A stretch of 64,000 bases of DNA from IMG/VR virus record IMGVR_UViG_3300007513_000005; one strand, written 5' to 3'. Below, in pieces: positions 9,882 to 18,569 of this stretch. This DNA is from a virus. The notes beneath the pieces are model-generated. The model was not told the origin of the DNA, made no database searches, and saw nothing but the letters and a program-made list of their open reading frames with translations. The position numbers and the translations under genes were made by a program. Positions within the stretch are counted from its first letter, which is position 1; each line of letters begins with the position of its first letter.

Positions 9882-10172
9882 TTAAAATTCATCCTTCAAA
9901 TCCTCCAGTAAATCCTGCGTCTCTTTCTTGTTAGATAGTTTCCTTAGTGCATTAATTTCTATCTGCCTCACCTTTAAATAGTTTATCTGCAGTCGTTCTG
10001 CACACTCATGCAGAGTCAAACCCTTGTCGGATCCGTCCTTGCCCTTTTCTTCTATCGAAATCAAACAACAGTTGTTCTCCTGTTCGTAGTCTATCCATTG
10101 TCTGCAGTCGGTGTTGGGGCATCCAATCTCCGATAGCTTGCATTTCTTGGCGCATTCTGGTAAACAACTCAT
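9882..10172 (-). CDS. Cys-rich protein with a sigma70 region-4-like HTH
   Basis: LTLHECAERLQINYLKVRQIEINALRKL; seven Cys in the N-terminal half. Confidence 0.75.
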   Translation of the reverse strand: MSCLPECAKKCKLSEIGCPNTDCRQWIDYEQENNCCLISIEEKGKDGSDKGLTLHECAERLQINYLKVRQIEINALRKLSNKKETQDLLEDLKDEF

Positions 10173-10534
10173 TCGGCGTCATCTTCTCCTCTTTCAATCA
10201 AATCAAAGACAAAGTCAATATCCTGATCGGTGATTCCCAGATCTCGCAGGGTTTGATTGCCTTGTTCAATGTCTTTGTTTTGTCTCTCAATTTTCTTTTT
10301 TCCAATTTTGTTCTTCTCCTGTTTTACTTTTGTAATGTACATCAAAATGTTTGGATCATTGTTGATGTACCCTGTAACCATAGACTTAAAGAAGTCGACC
10401 TGACTTATGCCATCCCTCCTTAACTTAAGTCTCAACTCCGCATGCCTCTTGTCTGTGTCTGCGAAAGTTATCTTTTTTTCTTCCTGTCCGTACCTATAAT
10501 AACCCACGATATAACCCACACGCTCTCCTGACAT
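10169..10534 (-). CDS. Hypothetical protein, possible ribbon-helix-helix regulator
   Basis: KKITF strand followed by two helices; start uncertain. Confidence 0.5.
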   Translation of the reverse strand: MSGERVGYIVGYYRYGQEEKKITFADTDKRHAELRLKLRRDGISQVDFFKSMVTGYINNDPNILMYITKVKQEKNKIGKKKIERQNKDIEQGNQTLRDLGITDQDIDFVFDLIERGEDDAE

Positions 10535-10751
10535 GCTCCTGGTCAGGGTTTTGACAGATTGTTTCGCTTATCGCAAAGCACATAGCCGTTCCCGTATAGT
10601 CCCTCAAAGTACAATTCGCGTTGCACTCCGATAGATGCCATACGGAAGACGGGTTGTAACAAACCTGTATACCGAGAGATCTAGTAACTGGTTCCTCTAC
10701 TGTGGAATTGTCACCACAACCAAGTACCACTATCAACAACAAATATCTCAA
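10494..10751 (-). CDS. Small Cys-rich lipoprotein
   Basis: MRYLLLIVVLGC lipobox; six further Cys. Confidence 0.65.
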   Translation of the reverse strand: MRYLLLIVVLGCGDNSTVEEPVTRSLGIQVCYNPSSVWHLSECNANCTLRDYTGTAMCFAISETICQNPDQEHVRRACGLYRGLL

Positions 10752-10891
10752 TCGAAATACCTCTCCCTAATGTATCGAATAAAGTCTTGCAAACAAAAGA
10801 GCGTAGCAACTATTGCCGCGAAGATCAGCGAAGTACCTATTGCGGTAGCTACCAGATCCCAATTATGTTCGATCGTACAAACTTCGTCCAC
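10748..10891 (-). CDS. 47-aa membrane peptide
   Basis: Manual translation (GTG start, AGGAGG RBS) with LVATAIGTSLIFAAIVATLFCL TM segment; stop overlaps the next start. Confidence 0.5.
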   Translation of the reverse strand: MDEVCTIEHNWDLVATAIGTSLIFAAIVATLFCLQDFIRYIRERYFD

Positions 10892-10892
10892 A

Positions 10893-11888
10893 CTAGTTCC
10901 TCCTAAGTATATGTGTACTGCTCTCTATCTGAGAAGCATTCGACTGAATAATAAACTCTGCCTTGGCCTGAAGTTGGGTTATGTTCCTTGCTCCAGAGTA
11001 CGAAAGACCTGATCTTACATTCTGCGTTAAACTTTCAACTATCCCCACAACCGACCCCTTATATGGAATCGTAGTGGAAATACCCTCAAGAGACCTGGCA
11101 GATCCGCGCCAATCCTGCTGTGCTTCCACTGATGCCATTCCCCTATAGACCTTATATTTACTACCATCAGTACTCTGAAAGGTCTCTCCAGGACTTTCGT
11201 CTGTGCCAGCTAACATTGACCCCAGCATCACAAAGTCTGCTCCTGCAGCAAGAGCCTTGACTATATCGCCTGCAGTCTTTATGCCGCCGTCAGCAATAAT
11301 CACTGCGCCGTCCTCATAACTACAAGTCAACACCGATTCAAAAGTTGGGACACCATGACCAGTCTGGACCCTGGTTGAGCAGATTGATCCACCACCAATT
11401 CCAATCCTTACTGCATCTGCGCCCCACTCCGAGAGGGCAACGTATGCCTTCGGTGTGGCGACGTTACCAGCGATGACATTAACTTCCTCACCATACTTAT
11501 CTTTAATTGTTTTCAGGGCCCTCTCAACCAAAACGTGATGTCCGTGGGCGACGTCTAAACAGAAAGTCGAAACACCCACATCATTAAGAGACTTGACCCT
11601 ATCCATGAAATCACCAGAAACACCAATGGCGGCGGCCGCGTTAGAAGGGGTCATCTGAATTTGCTCTTCTTTAGTGCAATATCTGTGTGTTATTGCAAGG
11701 GCGCCCAACTCTCCAAAGGTGCTTGCCATTCGCAACCCAGTTACCGTATCCATCGGACTTGATATGATTGGCAAGTAATACGTCCTATTCCCCAGCTGGC
11801 GGGTGAGGTCAATTTCCGATCTCGACTCCACGTCGCTAAATTGAGGCACTAATAAAACGTCATCAAAACTATGTGTTTGTCTTTTCAT
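10893..11888 (-). CDS. guaB: IMP dehydrogenase / GMP reductase family protein lacking the CBS subdomain
   Basis: [25 protein letters not shown] catalytic Cys loop, IIADGGI, YRGMAS; direction (IMPDH or GMPR) unresolved. Confidence 0.9.
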   Translation of the reverse strand: MKRQTHSFDDVLLVPQFSDVESRSEIDLTRQLGNRTYYLPIISSPMDTVTGLRMASTFGELGALAITHRYCTKEEQIQMTPSNAAAAIGVSGDFMDRVKSLNDVGVSTFCLDVAHGHHVLVERALKTIKDKYGEEVNVIAGNVATPKAYVALSEWGADAVRIGIGGGSICSTRVQTGHGVPTFESVLTCSYEDGAVIIADGGIKTAGDIVKALAAGADFVMLGSMLAGTDESPGETFQSTDGSKYKVYRGMASVEAQQDWRGSARSLEGISTTIPYKGSVVGIVESLTQNVRSGLSYSGARNITQLQAKAEFIIQSNASQIESSTHILRRN

Positions 11889-12141
11889 TTAATTCTTTTC
11901 CTATCTCATCAAGGAGATTCGTTGCCTTGGACCAGCAATCTGGACAATAAAGGTTTACTCGACCCTCTTTCTCCCTGACCACAACATTCCACGTTCTTAC
12001 TTGTTCTTTATTCATCCTATCATAGGGAGCGAGACAAGTCAAGCAATGATCTGGTAATTTGTCAAATAATCCAACTTTCACTTGCATATCTTTTTCTGCT
12101 TGCTTCTTTCTCGCTCTCTTTAGTTTTCTTGTAGCACTCAT
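11869..12141 (-). CDS. Small zinc-ribbon-like protein
   Basis: CLTC ... CPDC. Confidence 0.65.
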   Translation of the reverse strand: MSATRKLKRARKKQAEKDMQVKVGLFDKLPDHCLTCLAPYDRMNKEQVRTWNVVVREKEGRVNLYCPDCWSKATNLLDEIGKELNEKTNT

Positions 12142-12590
12142 ACGCCCGTAGACCCGAAACCGCCACCACCTCTTGATGTCTTACTTCCATAGACACTATC
12201 CTCCTCGATCTCCCATAGTTCTGGTTTTTCAATTCTCACAAAAACTCCCTGGGCGATTTTTTGACCAGGTTCGATATATTGAATGTCCTTACCTATGTTC
12301 TGGAGGTTTACGAAGATCTCTCCATCATACCCTTCGTCCACGACGCAAGCACCCGTGATCAACTGTGTCTTTGTAGCGATGCCCGACTTGTTCATGATCT
12401 GAAGCATACACCCTGGTGGTACCTCCACCTTCACGCCAGTCTCCAACAGACAACTCTTACCTGGTTTCAATCGTTGTATTGCATTGTCCATTGGACAGAA
12501 GAAGAAGTCCATTCCTGCGTCAGTCTTGTGTGCGCGCACTGGAACCTGTGCCGTTGGTCTTGTCTTGTAAACTCTAACAAATTCTTTCAT
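12138..12590 (-). CDS. dut: Trimeric dUTPase
   Basis: AGMD, KSG, GACVVDEGYDGEI, RGGGGFGSTG motifs. Confidence 0.97.
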   Translation of the reverse strand: MKEFVRVYKTRPTAQVPVRAHKTDAGMDFFFCPMDNAIQRLKPGKSCLLETGVKVEVPPGCMLQIMNKSGIATKTQLITGACVVDEGYDGEIFVNLQNIGKDIQYIEPGQKIAQGVFVRIEKPELWEIEEDSVYGSKTSRGGGGFGSTGV

Positions 12591-12970
12591 CTCAAAATCT
12601 CCTCAGATGGTCCTACCACCACTCTCTTCAACCCCTCATCCCTTCTGATGCTGAACGCTATGGATCTAGCATAACGAGGTTTACTGGGGTCCATATCATT
12701 TATCAAATATCTTGCGCCGCGTTCAATGCCCATGATCAACTTATCCCACGGGACATCATTCAACAACAACTCCTTTACTGTATGGTTTCTGTATTCTTCA
12801 GGTCTTGCAGTAGTGAAGATAATCATGCACCCTTCCCTCTTCCAAGTCTTTAATTTTTCCAACGCGCCAGGTGTAAGTTCTGGTTTTGTCGTCTTCAGTT
12901 CTTCAAACTTACGATATTTAAAGATGGTGCCATCAATATCACAAAATATAGTTCTCTTCTTTTCTGTCAT
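12587..12970 (-). CDS. Small HAD-superfamily phosphatase
   Basis: DIDGT (motif I), TTAR (II), LIND (IV). Confidence 0.85.
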   Translation of the reverse strand: MTEKKRTIFCDIDGTIFKYRKFEELKTTKPELTPGALEKLKTWKREGCMIIFTTARPEEYRNHTVKELLLNDVPWDKLIMGIERGARYLINDMDPSKPRYARSIAFSIRRDEGLKRVVVGPSEEILR

Positions 12971-13617
12971 GCTTCGCAGGTGCCTCCACTCAAGTCCCTC
13001 TCCTCTAAGAGTGTATAAGTAAATTTGTTTCCATACTTATCAGATGCGTCCTCGCATGTCTCCATAAACTCTGCAAAGTCCACACTACTTTGGAACACTT
13101 GACAACCTGCTGATACACCGCCAGTGTTAACTCGTGCATCCGAACCACGGTGCTTATGAATGTTAATACCGTACCAACCCTCGTCTTCTGGTCCGTGATA
13201 GTCTGGAGTTGTATCTCTGTTGTTGTCTCTCCATACGCTCACCTTACCGCCTCTTTGACATAGTGCGGTATGCCCCTTTTGACTATTACCATGCCAGTCG
13301 ATCTTGTAAGTGCTCCTGTATTGCCCAGGAACCAAAATTGCAGTACCCTTGTGCGCTACTGCCTTTAATGGCCATCTCAAAATAGAAGTACCTGGTTCGG
13401 TAGTTACTGGGTATACATCCGCCACCCACTCTCCGTCCACTTTATAGATAACGTTAATTGAGTCATCAAACTTTGATGCGTCACCAGAGTCGTTACGAAC
13501 TCCAATGATGTTCAAGTTGAGGTCTCCGTTCTCAAAAAATGCATAACCTTTACTGGTTAATGCCTGTTTGTATTGGTCTGCCATCATCTTGGCAGCGAAT
13601 CCTGTTAATTTAGCCAT
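12967..13617 (-). CDS. L,D-transpeptidase (YkuD)-like peptidoglycan enzyme, endolysin candidate
   Basis: GINIH...VSAGCQV His/Cys catalytic pattern; no signal peptide. Confidence 0.65.
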   Translation of the reverse strand: MAKLTGFAAKMMADQYKQALTSKGYAFFENGDLNLNIIGVRNDSGDASKFDDSINVIYKVDGEWVADVYPVTTEPGTSILRWPLKAVAHKGTAILVPGQYRSTYKIDWHGNSQKGHTALCQRGGKVSVWRDNNRDTTPDYHGPEDEGWYGINIHKHRGSDARVNTGGVSAGCQVFQSSVDFAEFMETCEDASDKYGNKFTYTLLEERDLSGGTCEA

Positions 13618-13628
13618 TGTGTTTCCTC

Positions 13629-16600
13629 CTATGCTAACATTCTAAAAGTTTTTCTAACTGATCTAGTGCTGAAACCCCACTGTGCATCCCAGTGAAGGCG
13701 TGCCATGTAGGGTCTGTTCACATAAACCTTATCCTTGTTTGGGTCGACACCCCAACACTTGATTGTATTCTCCTCAGAGTTGGAATCGATCACCTTAACT
13801 ACATAAAACAATTTACCATTTTTTGTTTTCTTTTGCAAGACTTCTCTTGGAATAAACCAACAAACCTGGAGTTCCGCATCGAACTCTGAAATGGGTGGTA
13901 TCATCAACTCGTCTATCTTGCTCTGCAGCTGCTCATTCATGACCGTGCTCATGGGAAAGATCCCAACTAGATCCACTAGATACTGTAACTTCTCCTCATC
14001 TGTGAAGTCCCCCTCTGGTTCAAACTTCTCAATGTTGTCTTCTAGGTTTTTCTCTTTGCGTGGGCGCTCAACTGCAACTGCAGACCAGAAGTGTTTCATT
14101 CCCGAAAACCTCTCATCCATCAAACAGTTCAGTGCCTGACTCAAACAGAGTGCAGAGACCGCCTTCTTGTTTAATTTTGAATAGATAATATTATCATTGA
14201 ACAGGAACTCCTCAATCTTATTGAAGGGTCTGTTGTCTATTATCTGCTGAATAGCGGTCATACCCAATCCCTTTATGGAAGAGAGTGGTTGAATCAATGT
14301 CTTGCCATCTTCACTGATCTCCCACCTGACACCAGAAGTATTCACATTAAGTGGTTCAATCTTATACCCATAAGATTTTGCAACGTTGATTGCGCGCTCC
14401 TTGCGCTTATCAGGTTCCTTGTCCAAGAAGGCAGCTAACCAGCACTCTGGATAATAATTAAGAAGATAAGCACATTGAAAAGAAAGCACGCAATAGGAGA
14501 CAGCATGAGATTTATTAAAACCGTAACCAGAAAAATACTTGAACTTGTCCCACAACTCCTTCGCTTCATGTTGTTTCATTCCTTTCTCTAGGCAACCTCG
14601 CCTAAACTTATCGTAGATCTTATCCATCTCTACCTGTGGGGCGCCTGTACCTTTCTTTGTGAGCAACTTGCGCAACTTATTACCCTCATCGAGTGACAAG
14701 TTCTTGCCCAATTTGTGAGCAAGCATAGCAATCTGCTCCTGAAAAATCAGGAACCCATAGGTCTCTTCGGTGACATCTCTTACATATTGATTGAGATACT
14801 CTACCTCTTCAGGATTTTCTTTAGCGCCGATGTACATCTTATCCACACCCGCAGACAGCGGTCCAGGGCGATAAATAGAAGTAATGGCGGCAAGGTCCGT
14901 AATATTATTCGGGCGACCATTCTTGCAGAAGTCCTGTGCCCCATTCTCTGTAAATTGGAATATTCCTGCCCATTTTCCCTCATGAAAGACATTCTTCCAA
15001 ACCTCCTCGTCATCCAAATTAATCTTCTCTGGATGTAACTTAGTTTCATAGAAAGTCTTAATGTCCTCAAACGTAGGATCACTAACACCCTCATACCTAA
15101 CTAGTATATGCCTGATTGCATCTTCAATCATACGCAACGAGGCGAGACCCAAGATATCAAACTTGATAAACCCCATCGTCTCTAGGTGTCGAACGTTTTG
15201 ACCTTCTGACCATGGTGTTTGTCGAACACCTCCAGAGTTAATGAGTGGCATCCATTCATTTAAATTCTCTCCAATCACCACACCTCCAGCATGACGAGAT
15301 GCTGATCGAGTCTGACCATACAATGCATTAACATGTGTCTCAACTTCTGGATATTTATTTAAAAACTTTTGTAGCGACTCTGAGTATTGCATAAGTTCTT
15401 CAAAGGTTGGACTGTAAACACCCGCAGTGATACCATGTGCCTTCTTCGCAAGAGGAGTTGCCTCGTAAACCATCTTGTTGGTTACCGCATTCACTTCAGC
15501 AAATGGAATCTTATAAAACTTCGAGATATCTTTTACAAGTGATCGCAGCTGCAATGTGTTCCAGTTTGTGATAGGAACAACAACATCGTCACCCCATTCA
15601 TCAATTAGGTGTTCTTTGAGTACCATAGGGTCAGAAACATCATAGTCGATATCAGGATATCCAGACCCACCTTTTGTTAAAAAACGCTCGAATTGTAGTC
15701 CGTAACGGATCGGATCTATCTGTGTGATACCCAAGGCATAAGCGACCAGAGAACCCGCAGCAGAACCTCTTCCTGCGCCTGTAAGTTGCATCCTCGTCGC
15801 TTCTTCTGCTATCTTCTTCATCGTCAAGAAGTATTTGCTAAAACCCCTGTCTTCAATTACGTTGACCTCATACTTGAGGCGTTCAATATACTCTGTCTTG
15901 TCAGCAAATCCCTTCTCCTTTGCTCCTGCGATACACAGTACTGCGAGCGCCTGGCCAGCTGACTTTCCATCGGGAACAACAAAGTCTGGGAGTCTTACTG
16001 TGTTATCTGGTAAGAAGGATTCAATCATGTTGTAAGCAATATCGTGTGTCTTGGTGATGGAGTTCAGAACCAAGTTGTCGTTATACTCCACCCCACACTC
16101 TTCGGAATACTTCTTATAACTCTCCCACATTTGGTCGCCATTCTTAGGATACAACTCGTACCCTATCTCCTCAACATCGATTGGTAATTCTTCACTCAAC
16201 CACTCTACCTTACGACCTAGAAATCCCAACCTCTTATATAACTCTCTGTCTTTCCACGCTTCTGGGGAATAGTAATGAGAGTCTGCTGTGGAGATCAGAT
16301 CAATGCCAAACTCATAATGCATCTGGATGATGAATTGATTTAACTTATGTTGTTCTGGGATATTATTCCACTGCAATTCTCCATACCACCTGTCACCAAA
16401 GATAGACTGCATCTTTTGCGTTGTCTTGCGCATAGCATCCAGTACTGCGTCTTCCCCCTCATCTCTGTTTTGCCAGAAGTCCCCAGCATAAATCCCACCA
16501 AGACAGGCAGATGCTGCAATGACACCCTCGCTATGCTTCTTTAGCATGGCATAGTCAATTCTAGGAAATCGATAAAAATAATCCCCCGAATAAGATTTGG

Positions 16601-17051
16601 AAATCATCTTATAAATATTCTGAAGTCCTGTCTGATTTTGTGCCAACAAGATCATATGACTCCTCCTATTAAGGATGGACTTCATCTTCTTCTTGGATGC
16701 TTCATTCTCGACAGTGGCGCCTGACTGCGTGGACTCAAGAGACTTTTTATTCTTTGCCTCTTGTCTTGCTTTTTCGTAATCCTCTTTCCAATTTGCAACA
16801 CTTGGCACGAAATATGCTTCACAACCGAATATTGGTTTGAACTCCTTTCCTTCGGACATCATCTTCTTCGCGTGAATGACCTGGTAAGCAAGACCGTTTG
16901 CATTACCGTGATCCGTAAGAGCAAGGGCATCCATGCCGTTATCGTAGGCATAATCCATGTGCTGCTGGGGGTATCCGAGTGCGTCGAATATTGACCCAGC
17001 TACTGAGTGGGCATGTAGTCCCACAAATGGTATCTCTGGTTGCTTTCTCAT
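13629..17051 (-). CDS. dnaE: DNA polymerase III alpha subunit (family C) with intact PHP domain
   Basis: LHAHS, TDHG, TADSHY PHP ligands; GRGSAAGSLV; PDIDYD catalytic motif; KFDILGL; YGFNKSHA. Confidence 0.98.
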   Translation of the reverse strand: MRKQPEIPFVGLHAHSVAGSIFDALGYPQQHMDYAYDNGMDALALTDHGNANGLAYQVIHAKKMMSEGKEFKPIFGCEAYFVPSVANWKEDYEKARQEAKNKKSLESTQSGATVENEASKKKMKSILNRRSHMILLAQNQTGLQNIYKMISKSYSGDYFYRFPRIDYAMLKKHSEGVIAASACLGGIYAGDFWQNRDEGEDAVLDAMRKTTQKMQSIFGDRWYGELQWNNIPEQHKLNQFIIQMHYEFGIDLISTADSHYYSPEAWKDRELYKRLGFLGRKVEWLSEELPIDVEEIGYELYPKNGDQMWESYKKYSEECGVEYNDNLVLNSITKTHDIAYNMIESFLPDNTVRLPDFVVPDGKSAGQALAVLCIAGAKEKGFADKTEYIERLKYEVNVIEDRGFSKYFLTMKKIAEEATRMQLTGAGRGSAAGSLVAYALGITQIDPIRYGLQFERFLTKGGSGYPDIDYDVSDPMVLKEHLIDEWGDDVVVPITNWNTLQLRSLVKDISKFYKIPFAEVNAVTNKMVYEATPLAKKAHGITAGVYSPTFEELMQYSESLQKFLNKYPEVETHVNALYGQTRSASRHAGGVVIGENLNEWMPLINSGGVRQTPWSEGQNVRHLETMGFIKFDILGLASLRMIEDAIRHILVRYEGVSDPTFEDIKTFYETKLHPEKINLDDEEVWKNVFHEGKWAGIFQFTENGAQDFCKNGRPNNITDLAAITSIYRPGPLSAGVDKMYIGAKENPEEVEYLNQYVRDVTEETYGFLIFQEQIAMLAHKLGKNLSLDEGNKLRKLLTKKGTGAPQVEMDKIYDKFRRGCLEKGMKQHEAKELWDKFKYFSGYGFNKSHAVSYCVLSFQCAYLLNYYPECWLAAFLDKEPDKRKERAINVAKSYGYKIEPLNVNTSGVRWEISEDGKTLIQPLSSIKGLGMTAIQQIIDNRPFNKIEEFLFNDNIIYSKLNKKAVSALCLSQALNCLMDERFSGMKHFWSAVAVERPRKEKNLEDNIEKFEPEGDFTDEEKLQYLVDLVGIFPMSTVMNEQLQSKIDELMIPPISEFDAELQVCWFIPREVLQKKTKNGKLFYVVKVIDSNSEENTIKCWGVDPNKDKVYVNRPYMARLHWDAQWGFSTRSVRKTFRMLA

Positions 17052-17863
17052 CTGTTTCCTTTCATTTTAATTGCCGCGCTGAAACAGTATCTCCAATCTG
17101 TTCCAATTTTGAGGGGATCTCTCATCATATCCTGATAGCCCTCCCACGACGAAATATCTTTATATGTATCTAGTTCAATTGAGCAACTGTTGTCACTCAT
17201 TATATCATCACCAAAAACTAAGTCAAGTGTATAATCACTTTTTACATCGATTCTTTTAAATAAGTAAGAGCAGTGCTTAAATTGTCTTACACTAAAACTA
17301 AACCCCATATGATGTCCAGTTAAGGCGCTTTCCCCATTGTGTGTATAAAAGAAAGATTCATTTTGCTTGATCAACCCCCTAGCCTCTATGTTCCTTGGGT
17401 CATACACTCCGTAGGGCATGGACACGTAGTATCTATATGGCACTATCCATTTAGATATCTTGTCACTGATCGTGAAACTTGCATTAACACCTTCCATAAC
17501 TGAAACACCAATCCCATCTTTGTTCATGTTCTTGTATGATATCGGTACATAAAATATTGGTACCGATGTCCTGTTCTCCTGGGGGAAGTTAGCAAACTTT
17601 GCTCTCTCATGTTGAGCAAGATTGAGAACAAAATCCCCGCAAACACTTTTAAGGAGTGGTGCAATAGACTCATCACAAACTACCCATATGGTCTTGCACC
17701 CAACATACGAACACTCTACAATACTTCTCTGTATAGCATAAAAGTTATTTGCAATCGGCAACATGCCTGGGTGGAGTACTAAATCTATATCAGAATCAAC
17801 CTTCGATACTGGAATGATGCCTGCTATATGCTTCGATAATGTTGCTTCGTTTCTTTCTGTCAT
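17048..17863 (-). CDS. Degenerate sugar-nucleotidyltransferase (GT-A)-like protein
   Basis: AGIIPV...HPGMLPIAN...IQRSIVECSYVGCKTIWVV mirrors the NTP_transferase N-terminus but lacks GxGTR. Confidence 0.55.
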   Translation of the reverse strand: MTERNEATLSKHIAGIIPVSKVDSDIDLVLHPGMLPIANNFYAIQRSIVECSYVGCKTIWVVCDESIAPLLKSVCGDFVLNLAQHERAKFANFPQENRTSVPIFYVPISYKNMNKDGIGVSVMEGVNASFTISDKISKWIVPYRYYVSMPYGVYDPRNIEARGLIKQNESFFYTHNGESALTGHHMGFSFSVRQFKHCSYLFKRIDVKSDYTLDLVFGDDIMSDNSCSIELDTYKDISSWEGYQDMMRDPLKIGTDWRYCFSAAIKMKGNR

Positions 17864-18569
17864 AAAACTTTATCTTCTTGGTACTCTTATACACTGTCTC
17901 CTCCATTGAGACAACCATTCTTTCCATTACTTCCAATTTGGGCTTCCTTCTTACTGTGCCACCCTTGTGGATTAAAGGTCTGTGTACTCCTCCCTGTTCC
18001 ATTAACAACTTCTGAGTAATGAACCTAACCATTGTATCAGAATAATCAAAGTCTGTCAACTGTTCTTTCGTTAAGAAAGATACAGAGAAAATCTCTTTCT
18101 TTCCCGTGGACTCGATCCTCGAAATAAAACTGCCATTTGGAAAAACGGGAACTAAATTAGATGCATCACAAAATTTCAACCTCATAAAATCGATAATTTT
18201 ATAAGAATCTCGACCCTCTGTTGCCAATACTTCCAGATCTACTTTGATTGCACTGTCTGGAAAGATGTGACACTTTTGAAACTGAATGTCAGTTCCTCTA
18301 ATTTTAAGTATGTTTTCCTCTATTCTCACATATTCCAAATCAAATGGATTAACAATCAATCCCTTCATCCCACACAAGAATTTAAGCATAGACCATGCCT
18401 CTGAATGTCTTGTAGTGGTCAGCTGCCCCACCTTTATCTGTTTGGCAAATTTGAGATCGACGGTGGGTAGTTGATGTCGGGGCAGGATTATCGGCACCTC
18501 TTCAGTATAAGACTTCATGAGAGCGCAGACATCCTGTCCGACTATAACCTCATCGAGTATCAATAGCAC
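17796..18569 (-). CDS. Hypothetical protein, possibly a degenerate Rossmann/FAD-binding fold
   Basis: N-terminal DEVIVGQDVCALMKSY resembles a beta-alpha dinucleotide start without GxGxxG. Confidence 0.5.
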   Translation of the reverse strand: MLLILDEVIVGQDVCALMKSYTEEVPIILPRHQLPTVDLKFAKQIKVGQLTTTRHSEAWSMLKFLCGMKGLIVNPFDLEYVRIEENILKIRGTDIQFQKCHIFPDSAIKVDLEVLATEGRDSYKIIDFMRLKFCDASNLVPVFPNGSFISRIESTGKKEIFSVSFLTKEQLTDFDYSDTMVRFITQKLLMEQGGVHRPLIHKGGTVRRKPKLEVMERMVVSMEETVYKSTKKIKFYDRKKRSNIIEAYSRHHSSIEG

